NCBI GenBank assembly: GCA_022711495.1
Contig: JAKLEX010000001.1
Location: 436,882-500,881, forward strand
DNA length: 64,000 nucleotides
DNA from: Patescibacteria group bacterium
Lineage (GTDB): Bacteria > Patescibacteriota > Minisyncoccia > Phycocordibacterales > JAACPR01
Direction: 5' to 3'
Shown: one piece after another, positions 17,163 through 26,921 of the stretch
Layout of the letters: each line of letters begins with the position of its first letter
Position numbering within the stretch: position 1 is the stretch's first letter
The notes under the pieces: model-generated
Databases searched by the model: none
What the model was told of the DNA's origin: nothing
What the model saw: only the letters and a program-made list of their open reading frames with translations
Made by a program: the position numbers and the translations under genes

Positions 17163-19133
17163 ATGACAGATGATAATGTACAACAAGGTGCGGCGGATAG
17201 ATTAGGTAGTTGGAGCAGTTCAACCAATAAAAACCGACCAAGCTTCCATCGGCACGACAATGGCAGACGCCATGATTCTCAACACCGACCTCATGACGGA
17301 AATCGTCCGAGAAGTTCCGGTCCAACCGGCCGACCGGGGAGCAATCCGCGCGGACGAAGCAAAAAACTTTCGCGATTCGCCCCTTCTCTCCGCACGACTT
17401 TGCGACAACAAAGAAGCAATAAAAATTTAGAGCGGCAAAAACCACAGTTACCGATCCCTTCCGTCGGCAATAATGTCAGAATCATTACGCTCGGCGGCGT
17501 GGAAGAAGTCGGCCGAAACATGTTAGCGGTAGAAATCGGCAACGATATTATCATCGTTGACGCTGGTTTTCAGTTCAAGGACGCTTCAACTCCCGGCATT
17601 GATTATATTCTCCCAAACACTACTTATCTTGAAGAAAGAAAAGATAAAATCCGCGGAGTTTTCATCACTCACGGTCACTTGGATCATATCGGAGCCATCC
17701 CTTACATCATGGAAAAATTAGGCAATCCGCCGATTTATTCCAGAAAGTTCGGCGCCATCATGATTCAAAAAAAGATGGAAGATTTCCCCCATCTACCAAA
17801 GGCCGATATCCGCATTATTGACAGTGATGAGGCCATTCGCGCCGGCTCCATAAAAGTCATAACTTTCCCTATTTCGCATACTATTCCGGATTCCATGGGA
17901 CTAATTATTGACACGCCAATGGGAGACGTCGTTATCATAGAAGACGTTCGCGTTGACAACATTGACGGCATACCAACAGAAGAAGAAATTGAACATTATA
18001 AAAGATTCAAAGACCGAAACATTTTGCTTTTGACGATGGACTCAACTTCCATTGAAAAACCAGGCTTCTCTATCTCGGAAGACGTCGTCGTTAAAAATAT
18101 AGAAAAAATCCTAAAAAATACCACGAACCGATTAATTATCGGCACCTTCGCTTCTCAGGTTGAAAGAATTCTAGCAATCATAGAAATGGCGGAGAAATAT
18201 AACAAGAAAATTGTCGTAGAGGGCCGCTCCATGAAATCAAATCTTGATATCGTGAAATATCTCGGATTGATAAAAACTCACAACATCATTCCGGTCACAG
18301 AAATGGAACAATATCCGCCGGATAAAATCGTGATGTTGGTTACCGGCTCACAGGGAGAAGAATTTGCCGCGCTGATGAGGATGGCTAATAAATCCCACAA
18401 ATACATTACCTTGAGAAAAACGGACACGATCTTGCTCTCGTCTTCAATTATTCCGACAAATTATATGTCCGTGGTAAAACTGAAAGACAGCTTATACCGA
18501 TCAGAAGCCAAGGTCATCACTTATTTGGATTCCGACGTTCACGCTTCGGGTCACGGAAACCGCGATGAATTAAAGTGGATTCACCAACAGATTCCTTATA
18601 AATATTTCATCCCGGTTCACGGTTTTCATTACATGTTGAGACAACACGCCGAAATGGCCGAATCAATCGGAACCAAAGAAGAAAATATTGTCGTGCCGGA
18701 AAACGGATCAATCATTGAAATCCGTGCCGAGGATCAGAAAATCGTCAAACTGCCAATGAAAGCGCCCCGTGACCCGGTCACGGTTGACGGTCTGGCCGTC
18801 GGCACAATTCAGGACGTCGTCTTAGAAGATCGCCAATTATTGGCCGAAGCCGGAATTTTCGTCGTTGTCGCCAGCATCAACGTCAGAAACGGCAAACTTA
18901 AAAAATCGCCGGACATTATCTCTCGGGGGTTCGTCTATTTGAGAGAATCGCAAGAACTATTGAGAAAAGCGCGATTTATCACCCAAAGAACCGTGGAAAA
19001 TCATTTGGCCCGCAACAAAGGCCCTGTGGATTTTGACCGTTTAAAAAAGATTCTGTCCGATGAATTGTCCAAATTTCTGTTTCAAGAGACGGCCAAACAG
19101 CCCTTGGTTATACCGGTTTTGATCGGCGTTTAG
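17163..19133 (+). CDS. rnj: Ribonuclease J (metallo-beta-lactamase / beta-CASP)
   Basis: The HGHLDHIG metal motif, beta-CASP and the RNase J C-terminal domain are present. A ~100-aa Arg/Ser-rich disordered N-terminal extension precedes them. Confidence 0.85.
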   Translation: MTDDNVQQGAADRLGSWSSSTNKNRPSFHRHDNGRRHDSQHRPHDGNRPRSSGPTGRPGSNPRGRSKKLSRFAPSLRTTLRQQRSNKNLERQKPQLPIPSVGNNVRIITLGGVEEVGRNMLAVEIGNDIIIVDAGFQFKDASTPGIDYILPNTTYLEERKDKIRGVFITHGHLDHIGAIPYIMEKLGNPPIYSRKFGAIMIQKKMEDFPHLPKADIRIIDSDEAIRAGSIKVITFPISHTIPDSMGLIIDTPMGDVVIIEDVRVDNIDGIPTEEEIEHYKRFKDRNILLLTMDSTSIEKPGFSISEDVVVKNIEKILKNTTNRLIIGTFASQVERILAIIEMAEKYNKKIVVEGRSMKSNLDIVKYLGLIKTHNIIPVTEMEQYPPDKIVMLVTGSQGEEFAALMRMANKSHKYITLRKTDTILLSSSIIPTNYMSVVKLKDSLYRSEAKVITYLDSDVHASGHGNRDELKWIHQQIPYKYFIPVHGFHYMLRQHAEMAESIGTKEENIVVPENGSIIEIRAEDQKIVKLPMKAPRDPVTVDGLAVGTIQDVVLEDRQLLAEAGIFVVVASINVRNGKLKKSPDIISRGFVYLRESQELLRKARFITQRTVENHLARNKGPVDFDRLKKILSDELSKFLFQETAKQPLVIPVLIGV

Positions 19134-19174
19134 TGTTTAGGAGTTAAATATAACTCTTGTTATAATTCAGCTTA

Positions 19175-20407
19175 ATGGAAAGGCAAGATTTTGATATCGG
19201 ATCAGGGATACTCCGTCCAACGATCAAAAAAGGGGTTATTTACGTATTGGTTTTTTTATTGGCACTTCATGTCACCCCTTCCCTTTACGTCAATTCAAGT
19301 CTGCTAAGTAAATTCATCGGCGAAGAAAAAGTCGGCCTTATTTTCACCATCAGTTCCATCCTGGTTTTAGGCTCATATCTATTCATCAAGCGAGTCCTGA
19401 GAAAAATCGGCAATTATCGCGTATTCATGTCCATGCTGGCCGTTGATTTTCTGTCTTCGGCAGTTATGGCAGCAGTCTTACTGATAAATAGCGCGCATAT
19501 CGAGGCTTTTTTCATTTCGGCTTTTGTTATCTGTTATGTCAGCCGAGTTTTGATGATTTTAAATCTTGATATCTTCTTGGAAAGTCAGTCAGCTGATGCC
19601 GAAACCGGCGGAATTCGCGGATTCTATCTGACTTCTTTAAATTTGGCTTATGTTATCGGACCTTTGTTCGGCGGACTTTTAATAATGGAACACCTCGGTC
19701 CAGTACCAGGAGTCACCGGCATTGCGCCCGTTTATATTTGGGCGAGTTTATTGTTAATACCGATGGCCCTGATCGCCAGAAAATATCTGAGGCCGTTTGT
19801 TGATGGAAATTATCAAAAAAGTGGCGTTTTTGAAACATTAAGAAAAATTTCCTATAACTTTGATTTGGTCAAAATCTGTGGATCAAGTTTTGTTTTAAAC
19901 TTTTTCTACTCTTGGATGATTATTTATATGCCGATATTTTTGCATTCAATCGGTTTCAGCCTGAGCCAGGTCGTCTCAATCGTCGGTATCGCTCTGATTC
20001 CCTTTGTGCTTCTGCAAGCTCTGGCCGGAAAAGTCGCTGACAAAATACTTGGAGAAAAAGAGCTGATGACTGCCGGCTTTATTGTCGCCGGATTAGCAAC
20101 TTTGGCGATCTCCTTTATCGGATCAGGTTCTTTCTGGGTCTGGGCCGGAATTTTGTTTACAACCAGAATCGGGGCCTGTGTTGTTGAGATCATGAACGAG
20201 ACATATCTTTTCAAGAAAATTAATGCCAACGATGTGGATATCTTAAGTTTGTATCGCGCCATCGGCGAATCAGCTTATTTAATAGCGCCAGTTATAGCCT
20301 CTATTTTCTTAGTCTTTGTCATTGACATAAAATATCTTTTCGTAGCGTTGGGAATTATTACTTTATACGGAATTCGTTTTAGTTTAACTTTAAAAGACAC
20401 CCGATAA
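19175..20407 (+). CDS. MFS family transporter
   Basis: The 410-aa protein has about 12 TM segments in a 6+6 organisation. Confidence 0.6.
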   Translation: MERQDFDIGSGILRPTIKKGVIYVLVFLLALHVTPSLYVNSSLLSKFIGEEKVGLIFTISSILVLGSYLFIKRVLRKIGNYRVFMSMLAVDFLSSAVMAAVLLINSAHIEAFFISAFVICYVSRVLMILNLDIFLESQSADAETGGIRGFYLTSLNLAYVIGPLFGGLLIMEHLGPVPGVTGIAPVYIWASLLLIPMALIARKYLRPFVDGNYQKSGVFETLRKISYNFDLVKICGSSFVLNFFYSWMIIYMPIFLHSIGFSLSQVVSIVGIALIPFVLLQALAGKVADKILGEKELMTAGFIVAGLATLAISFIGSGSFWVWAGILFTTRIGACVVEIMNETYLFKKINANDVDILSLYRAIGESAYLIAPVIASIFLVFVIDIKYLFVALGIITLYGIRFSLTLKDTR

Positions 20408-20526
20408 AATAGGGCTAAAAACAAGGCTATAATAGCCAAAGTTAAATTTTAATCAAAGTTTAGCCAACATTTTTTTGACATAAGAAAGATTGACTACAAA
20501 CAAAAGTTTGAAACAATACATCGTCA

Positions 20527-21207
20527 ATGAAGATATTAATTGTTGAAGATAATATTTCAATCAGAAATGTCCTGCGGATGGGACTGGAAGAGCTGTCCTA
20601 CGCGGTTGACGAGGCCGGAGATGGAGAAAGGGGTTCCTATCTGGCCAGAGTCAACAAGTACGACCTGATCATACTTGACGACATTCTGCCGAAGAAGCTG
20701 GGGAAGGTCGTTTGTGAAGAAATCAGACAAATCGGGGTTCACGCCCCGATTTTATTTTTATCAGACCGGGCGGATGTTAACACCAAAATTGACCTGCTCA
20801 ATTGCGGAGCGGACGATTGCTTGTCAAAACCGTTTTCGTTCGCTGAATTGCACGCTCGGGTGAAAAGTTTGTTGCGCCGACCGCATAAGATACAAGATAC
20901 AGTTATAAAAGAAGGCGTGGTTTCGTTGAACGTTGATACTCATGACGTCGTCCATCAGAACAAAAAGTTATACTTGACCCAAAAAGAATTTTCTCTACTG
21001 GAATTATTGATGAGAAATTCTGGGCGAATTGTAACTCGTTCAACGATTATGGAAAGTGTTTGGGATATAAATGCCGATCCTTTTTCCAACACCATTGAGA
21101 CGCACATCAGAAATTTGAGATCAAAATTAAGGGACAGAAACAAAACGCTGATACGAAATATTCCAGGGCGAGGATATAAGTTTCATTCTCTGGAATTACA
21201 GAGATAG
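20527..21207 (+). CDS. OmpR/PhoB-family response regulator (receiver plus winged helix). Orphan, with no adjacent kinase.
   Basis: The receiver runs MKILIVEDN...YDLIILDDILP, and the C-terminal winged-helix motifs include LTQKEFSLLELL and GYKF. Confidence 0.8.
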   Translation: MKILIVEDNISIRNVLRMGLEELSYAVDEAGDGERGSYLARVNKYDLIILDDILPKKLGKVVCEEIRQIGVHAPILFLSDRADVNTKIDLLNCGADDCLSKPFSFAELHARVKSLLRRPHKIQDTVIKEGVVSLNVDTHDVVHQNKKLYLTQKEFSLLELLMRNSGRIVTRSTIMESVWDINADPFSNTIETHIRNLRSKLRDRNKTLIRNIPGRGYKFHSLELQR

Positions 21208-23001
21208 TTGCTTCTCAAGTTTCTCGGCTTTTTTGCGATCGTTATCGGTCAGATATTTCTTTCGCAAACGAATGTCTTTCGGTGTTATTTCCAGATATTC
21301 GTCTCCGCGCATCATGCCCAGGGCCTTTTCCAAAGTCAGATCAAATGGCGGCGCCAAAAGAACCAGGCCGTCGGAACTGTGCGATCTGACATTGGTCAGA
21401 GCTTTGCCCTTGGTCGGATTTACGTACATGTCTTCCCCTTTTACCGTATAGCCGACAACCATTCCTTCATAAATCATAGAGCCCGGCTTTATATATAAAA
21501 CGCCACGTTCCTGCAAGTTTTCCAAGGCAAAAGCCAGAACTTTTCCGGTCGCCATAGATACCATTGAACCGTATTCGGTTTTCCTGATCTCGCCAGCCAT
21601 CGGTTTAAAAGCGCTGAAAACACTGGTCATAATTCCCTCGCCTTTCGTATCAACGACAAATTCGTTTCTGTAACCCAAAAGCCCGCGAGTTGGCACTTCA
21701 AAAGATAATTTGACTTGGTGATGAACAGTCTCCATGTGAGTTAAAAGACCTTTTCTGTTTCCCAATTTCTCAATGATAATTCCCGAGAATTCTTCTGGTG
21801 ACAAAACAGAAACTTCTTCAAAAGGTTCGTATTTTTCGCCGTTGATATTTTTTATAATAACTTCCGGTTGAGAGACAGCCAATTCAAAACCCTCTCGGCG
21901 CATATTTTCAATTAAAACACCTAAATGAAGTTCCCCGCGGCCGTAGACTTTGAATCGAGAGCCCTCGGTAAAATCAACGCGCAAACCGACATTAACTTCC
22001 AGTTCTTTTTCTAGTCTCTCGCGAATCTGACGAGAAGTTAGAAATCTTCCGACTTTTCCGGCAAACGGCGAATCGTTGATAAACATGTAAACAGACAAGG
22101 TCGGCTCGTCAACGGTAATGGCCGGCAAAACTGGCGAAGTTTCATCTTCAGCGATGGTTTGGCCAATATAGATTTCGGGCAAACCGGCGATCATGACAAT
22201 ATCTCCGGTCGTGGCCTCATCTTCTTCCTTCTTGTTCATACCTTCAAAGGTGAAAAGCTTGGCGATTTTCCCGGAAAAAATTTTGCCGGAGTTGTCTTTG
22301 GCAAATATCTGCTGTCCGTTTTTTATTTTTCCGCTATAAATTCTACAAATACCCATTCGACCTAAAAAATTATCGTAGGCCAAATTAAAGACCTGGGCTT
22401 TTAACTTGTTTTTGGCCTTAATCTCGTCCGATGCCGGTGGAACTTTTTTCAAAACCATATCAAGTATAGGCATCAGATCGGCAGATTCGTCCTTCAAGTT
22501 GTTTTTGGCGATTCCTTGTCGACCAACGGCATAAAGCGTCTCAAAATTCAGCTGTTCTTTCGTCGCGCCCAAATCAAAAAATAGCTCGTAGACCTGATCG
22601 TGGGACTTTTTGACGTTGGCGGCCGGTTTATCAATTTTATTTAAAATTAAAATCGGTTTTAGCCCCAATTCAAGAGATTTCTTGAGAACAAATTTAGTCT
22701 GTGGCATTGGCCCCTCGGCCGCGTCAACCACAAGCAAAACCGAATCAACGCTACGCAAAACACGCTCTACCTCGGAACCAAAATCGGCGTGGCCGGGAGT
22801 GTCAAGAATATTAATCTTCGTCCCCTTATAAAAAGTTGAGGTATTTTTAGAGTAAATGGTTATGCCCCGTTCTTTTTCAAGAGCGTTTGAATCCATGGAA
22901 ACGCCCTCTTCAATCATGCCGGTTTGACGCAAAATCATATCAGTCAAGGTCGTCTTGCCGTGATCAACGTGAGCTATTATCGCGATATTTCTAATCTCCA
23001 T
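21196..23001 (-). CDS. typA: Translational GTPase TypA/BipA
   Basis: It begins IRNIAIIAHVDHGKTTLTD, with DTPGHADFG and the TypA C-terminal domain. Length is 601 aa. Confidence 0.95.
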   Translation of the reverse strand: MEIRNIAIIAHVDHGKTTLTDMILRQTGMIEEGVSMDSNALEKERGITIYSKNTSTFYKGTKINILDTPGHADFGSEVERVLRSVDSVLLVVDAAEGPMPQTKFVLKKSLELGLKPILILNKIDKPAANVKKSHDQVYELFFDLGATKEQLNFETLYAVGRQGIAKNNLKDESADLMPILDMVLKKVPPASDEIKAKNKLKAQVFNLAYDNFLGRMGICRIYSGKIKNGQQIFAKDNSGKIFSGKIAKLFTFEGMNKKEEDEATTGDIVMIAGLPEIYIGQTIAEDETSPVLPAITVDEPTLSVYMFINDSPFAGKVGRFLTSRQIRERLEKELEVNVGLRVDFTEGSRFKVYGRGELHLGVLIENMRREGFELAVSQPEVIIKNINGEKYEPFEEVSVLSPEEFSGIIIEKLGNRKGLLTHMETVHHQVKLSFEVPTRGLLGYRNEFVVDTKGEGIMTSVFSAFKPMAGEIRKTEYGSMVSMATGKVLAFALENLQERGVLYIKPGSMIYEGMVVGYTVKGEDMYVNPTKGKALTNVRSHSSDGLVLLAPPFDLTLEKALGMMRGDEYLEITPKDIRLRKKYLTDNDRKKAEKLEKQLSL

Positions 23002-23157
23002 AATTTTAATTGAGGCTTGGTCTATAAATCTATCAGTTTATTCCCCATTCGACAAATACAAATCTTTGCTTATTTTGGATTTAAAAGAAGTCTCCTTAGC
23101 GACAAAACAAAAACGCCCCAGTTGGGGGCGGTTCTGCCTACCATCGGCACCCGTCTT

Positions 23158-23412
23158 TTATGAAAGGTGCTTGGAAACTAGTTTGGTCATTTCAAACATA
23201 GAAACAGTTTCTTTTCCGCCGAAAACAGCTTTAAGCTTGGCGTCAGCATTGATGTTTCTCTTGTTTGTAGCGTCCTGAAGGTTGTTCTGCTTGATATAAA
23301 CCCACAAAGCCTTTACCACTTCTGAACGAGGCATTGGTCCTTTACCAACCACAGCCGCCAATTCAGAGCTGATATTCATAGGTTTCATAAATGCAGAATT
23401 TGATTTTGCCAT
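23158..23412 (-). CDS. SWIB/MDM2 domain protein
   Basis: The 84-aa protein carries VVKALWVYIKQNNLQD...KLKAVFGGKETVSMFEMTKLVSKHL, typical of the SWIB fold. Confidence 0.7.
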   Translation of the reverse strand: MAKSNSAFMKPMNISSELAAVVGKGPMPRSEVVKALWVYIKQNNLQDATNKRNINADAKLKAVFGGKETVSMFEMTKLVSKHLS

Positions 23413-23482
23413 GTCTTTAAAATTACTTTATAAACTACCGTGAGCCATATTATACAGGATATCCGGGTAAAGACAAATAAAT

Positions 23483-23521
23483 AACCCCCTAGGAATTCTT
23501 GCGAATTTCTAGGGGGTTTTG
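23483..23521. terminator. Bidirectional intrinsic terminator. Stem CCCCCTAG/CTAGGGGG.
   Basis: The plus strand has the stem followed by TTTTG. The minus strand has it followed by TTATTTATTTG, immediately after the stop of ORF 23535..24038. Confidence 0.55.
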
Positions 23522-23534
23522 AGTGGCCGCTTCC

Positions 23535-24038
23535 TTAGTTCGGACAGAGCTGCCCCTCGATGAGCAGGCAGTCGTGAGTCTCGATCGCCCGAGGCGATCG
23601 ACGAACCACGCGCGGACGCGCGAAGCGCTGTGCCCGCCAGTTGGGGTCGGCACGGTGGGTAACCAAGACACGTACCCGTCCCGACCGGTCCACACCCAGG
23701 GTCCGGCCGAAACAGCGCCGATGGCGCCGACTCGGGAAACTGATATCAATCGGTTGTTTGAGCGCGGGCGGTTTGGGCATCTCGGCCATTTCCACCGGCT
23801 CATCCTTGATGCCTGCCGCTAAGCGGGCATTTTTCATCAGGCGCCGATATCGGAACTGCGAACGCGCATAGATGCCGGCCAAAAAATCCAGGACTATAAA
23901 CACGGCGATTAAACCAGCGGAAGTTGCCGCAGAGATCCACGACCCTTCGCCGTCTGGAATGCCGGACACCACCCATCCAAAGATGGCCGCCACGAGAACC
24001 GCCAGAACAGATTCTACTAGACTTATTGAACCCTTCAC
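23535..24038 (-). CDS. Hypothetical membrane protein in a ~60% GC island. Two TM segments and an Arg-rich C-terminus.
   Basis: The RBS AAGGGAGG precedes the ATG. A terminator follows directly. GC is far above background, and overlapping ORFs in other frames are judged to be GC artefacts. Confidence 0.4.
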   Translation of the reverse strand: MKGSISLVESVLAVLVAAIFGWVVSGIPDGEGSWISAATSAGLIAVFIVLDFLAGIYARSQFRYRRLMKNARLAAGIKDEPVEMAEMPKPPALKQPIDISFPSRRHRRCFGRTLGVDRSGRVRVLVTHRADPNWRAQRFARPRVVRRSPRAIETHDCLLIEGQLCPN

Positions 24039-24146
24039 AAAGACCTCCCTTTTTGTTTTTACGATGCCGAACCATTCGGCATCTCTAGCTTAGAATGATA
24101 GCATAGAAGCAATAACTAGTCAAGAGCGGCGTAATGTATCCTGCTC

Positions 24147-25667
24147 TCATTTACTCTCTCCCTCTAGTACCCGCCAAATTTCCACCATCGCTAAGGTATC
24201 CTGCCCACAATAGTCCAAAAGAGCCCTAATTTCGCATTCTTTCTCTTCGGCGCCGTATTCCCCGCTTACGATCCGATTCCAAGTATCCGAGGCCGTTCCG
24301 CCTTCCTGAATATGCAAATTTTTATAAGAAAGTTCTGGCACCAGCGCTGGCAAAACATATTTAATTGAGGCGCTGCCATAAAATTTTGGATGATCGTAAA
24401 CCAGAGTCTTTCCATAAAAAGGAATCATCAGATCAACGACTCGGTCGTTTACTTCTTTCAAGAATTTGGCAAACTTTGGCTGTCGCTCGGCAATCTGCGC
24501 GTTAATTCCCTTTTCAAATTTCATGTTCCAAACCAAAATACTGCCGAATTTTGGTAAATCTTTTTGCAGAGAAGAGACAAAAGCTTCATCGGGGCAAGTG
24601 TCTTCGGCATGAATAAAATCGTAATGAAGTAATTCCCCACCAGGTTTTTCCATGACATGCAACGAAAACTGAAACGGAATTTGTTGGTACGGGCGATAAC
24701 CGTCAAATCTTGGCAAGGCCGATGGATAGGTCTCATAATCAAGAAATGCCACTGGGTATTTTATCGTCGCTAAAAATTCTGAGATCCCAGCGCGGTCAAT
24801 ATAAGTTCGACCAGATTGCGCCGTATCAACTTGCCGCCGTTGAATTTCTGATAATTCAAAATCTTGTGGGATATCGGCGATATTTAAAATCGAGCTGTCA
24901 ACCAATTCTTTTAACTTTTTTTTACTATTACCGATCCGAGCAATGTCGTGAACAGAATATTCAGGAATATCCGCATTGGAATATTCCGAAGTTGTACAGT
25001 GCGAACCCCGTCCTTTTAAAATACAGCCACAATGGCCTGGCGGTTCTTTTTCTGAAGATAAAACCTCAAAAGCCGAATCCATTTCCGCGCCAATTTCTTT
25101 TAAAATCTCATCAACCTCTTTAGTTAAATTCTCAACCTTAAACAAACCAAAAACATTCAACTCACCTCTTCTGATGTATTCTTTATTCAAACGAACTAGA
25201 TAAGTTTGGCCAAGGGAAATTTCGCCACTCATAATTCCGGTTTCTAGGATGACTCTCTTTTGAAAAGCCATATCAACCAGGTAGTCTTCGGTTTTCCGAC
25301 CGCCGTCTTCTTCCGAAACAGTTGAGGACTTAACTTCATATAAATCATATTTCTCTGTTTCTTTATTCCAGACCAAGATATCCGAGACGGCCAAAAATTT
25401 TTCGGAAGCAAAAACCGGCTGATAAATCACGGAAGTCCTCTCTGCTATTAATTTTTGCGTAGATTTAGAATCTTCACGAGATTTCACTAGAACGCCGCCC
25501 GGAAACAACTGCCGAGCCATTTCGTCTATCTCATTACCAGTTTCAATAATATTTTTTTCAAAAGCCGATAACGGATATTTAAAATAAATATCTGGGCGAT
25601 GAATTTTAAGCCAGGCATTTTTTTGACATTCTTTGAAAATCAGGAAATCGGTTTTAGAAAGTTTCAT
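24147..25667 (-). CDS. DUF2779-like protein (PD-(D/E)XK nuclease superfamily)
   Basis: The N-terminus MKLSKTDFLIFKECQKNAWLKIHRP and the later FLDYETYPSALPRFDGYRPYQQIPFQFSLHV fit the DUF2779 pattern from recall. Confidence 0.55.
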   Translation of the reverse strand: MKLSKTDFLIFKECQKNAWLKIHRPDIYFKYPLSAFEKNIIETGNEIDEMARQLFPGGVLVKSREDSKSTQKLIAERTSVIYQPVFASEKFLAVSDILVWNKETEKYDLYEVKSSTVSEEDGGRKTEDYLVDMAFQKRVILETGIMSGEISLGQTYLVRLNKEYIRRGELNVFGLFKVENLTKEVDEILKEIGAEMDSAFEVLSSEKEPPGHCGCILKGRGSHCTTSEYSNADIPEYSVHDIARIGNSKKKLKELVDSSILNIADIPQDFELSEIQRRQVDTAQSGRTYIDRAGISEFLATIKYPVAFLDYETYPSALPRFDGYRPYQQIPFQFSLHVMEKPGGELLHYDFIHAEDTCPDEAFVSSLQKDLPKFGSILVWNMKFEKGINAQIAERQPKFAKFLKEVNDRVVDLMIPFYGKTLVYDHPKFYGSASIKYVLPALVPELSYKNLHIQEGGTASDTWNRIVSGEYGAEEKECEIRALLDYCGQDTLAMVEIWRVLEGESK

Positions 25668-25672
25668 CGGAA

Positions 25673-26863
25673 TTATTTCTTATTTTTCGGCGCACCTTTT
25701 GCCGAGGTTTTCAGAGAAATTTTTGGCACATAATATTTTTTGCCCTTTAACTTCTCCGGCAAAAGACTTTCTTTGAGATAAAGTTCGTAATCTTTTCCAT
25801 AATTTAATTTCTTCATCAATTTTGTCACGGGATTCCTAACGATTAACGGAATCGGCAAATTGCCGAGATTTTTAGCGTCGGCCAGGGCCGATAAATAGGC
25901 CTCATAAGCCGAGCGATCCTTCGGCGCCAATGCCAAATAAACAATTCCGTGAGCCAAATTGATAGCTGCCTCCGGTAAACCGACGGTCTCTACCGCCCTA
26001 AAAACTTCATTAGCCACGACTAAAGCCGTCGGTTGAGCCATGCCAATATCTTCCGAAGCAAAAATAACCATGCGCCGAGCGATAAACTTTGGATCTTCAC
26101 CGGCTTCCAACATTCGCGAAAAATAATACAAAGCGGCGTCCGGTTGTGAAGCGCGCAAGCTTTTTATAAAAGCCGAAATAGTGTTGTAGTGCTCATCGCC
26201 TTTTTTGTCATAACGTAAAAATTTTGATTGCAAAGCGTTTTTCAGATTTTCTAGAGAAAGTTCCTTGTACAAACCAATCGTATTTTCGATTAAAGCAATC
26301 GCCTGTCGAGCATCACCTTGCGCGACGCGCAGTAGCCATTCCAGCGCCTCTTTTTTAATTTTAGCGCCAGTACGCTTTATAATTTTCTTCATGTCCTCAT
26401 CGGAAAGTTCTTCCAGAACAAAAACTCGGCAACGAGACAAAAGTGGCGGAATGACTTCAAAACTTGGATTTTCCGTGGTCGCGCCGATTAAAACTAATTT
26501 TCCTGATTCGACGTGAGGCAAGAGAAAATCCTGTTGAGCTTTGTTAAAGCGATGAATTTCGTCTAAAAACAAAATGCGCGGTCCGAACAATTCTCCACGA
26601 GTTTCAACAATTTTCTTGATGTCGTCTTTGCCGGCAGAAACGGCCGAGAGTTCATGATATTCGGCGTTCAGCGCTTTGGCATAAATTCGCGCCAGAGTCG
26701 TCTTGCCAACCCCCGGTGGTCCCCACAAAATAAAAGAAAAGACGTGCTTTTTCTCAATAGCTTCGTAAAGAGGTTTGCCCTTACCGACTAAATGGCTTTG
26801 GCCGACAAAATCGGGGAGCTTAGTCGGGCGAATTTTTGAAGCTAGTGGTTCCATGAGAAGCAT
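25673..26863 (-). CDS. rarA: Replication-associated recombination protein RarA/MgsA (AAA+)
   Basis: Walker A WGPPGVGKTTLARI, Walker B LFLDEIHRFNK, and a RarA C-terminal domain. Confidence 0.9.
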   Translation of the reverse strand: MLLMEPLASKIRPTKLPDFVGQSHLVGKGKPLYEAIEKKHVFSFILWGPPGVGKTTLARIYAKALNAEYHELSAVSAGKDDIKKIVETRGELFGPRILFLDEIHRFNKAQQDFLLPHVESGKLVLIGATTENPSFEVIPPLLSRCRVFVLEELSDEDMKKIIKRTGAKIKKEALEWLLRVAQGDARQAIALIENTIGLYKELSLENLKNALQSKFLRYDKKGDEHYNTISAFIKSLRASQPDAALYYFSRMLEAGEDPKFIARRMVIFASEDIGMAQPTALVVANEVFRAVETVGLPEAAINLAHGIVYLALAPKDRSAYEAYLSALADAKNLGNLPIPLIVRNPVTKLMKKLNYGKDYELYLKESLLPEKLKGKKYYVPKISLKTSAKGAPKNKK

Positions 26864-26921
26864 TATAGCATTTGCTCAAGGGTATTTTCTTTCTCCCGAG
26901 ATAATGCTAATAATAGTCATT

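Noticed and set aside
2548-23001. lepA and typA share GTPase-domain similarity; asked whether this is a duplicated region or repeat
   Set aside because: They are distinct paralogous translational GTPases with different C-terminal domains. They are expected housekeeping genes, not a repeat.
26775-26921. Track ORF start for the U32 peptidase overlapping about 90 nt of the convergent/adjacent rarA
   Set aside because: The conserved U32 N-terminus begins at MKSRKPELLSP (ATG 26922). The upstream extension is non-conserved and overlaps the rarA coding end.
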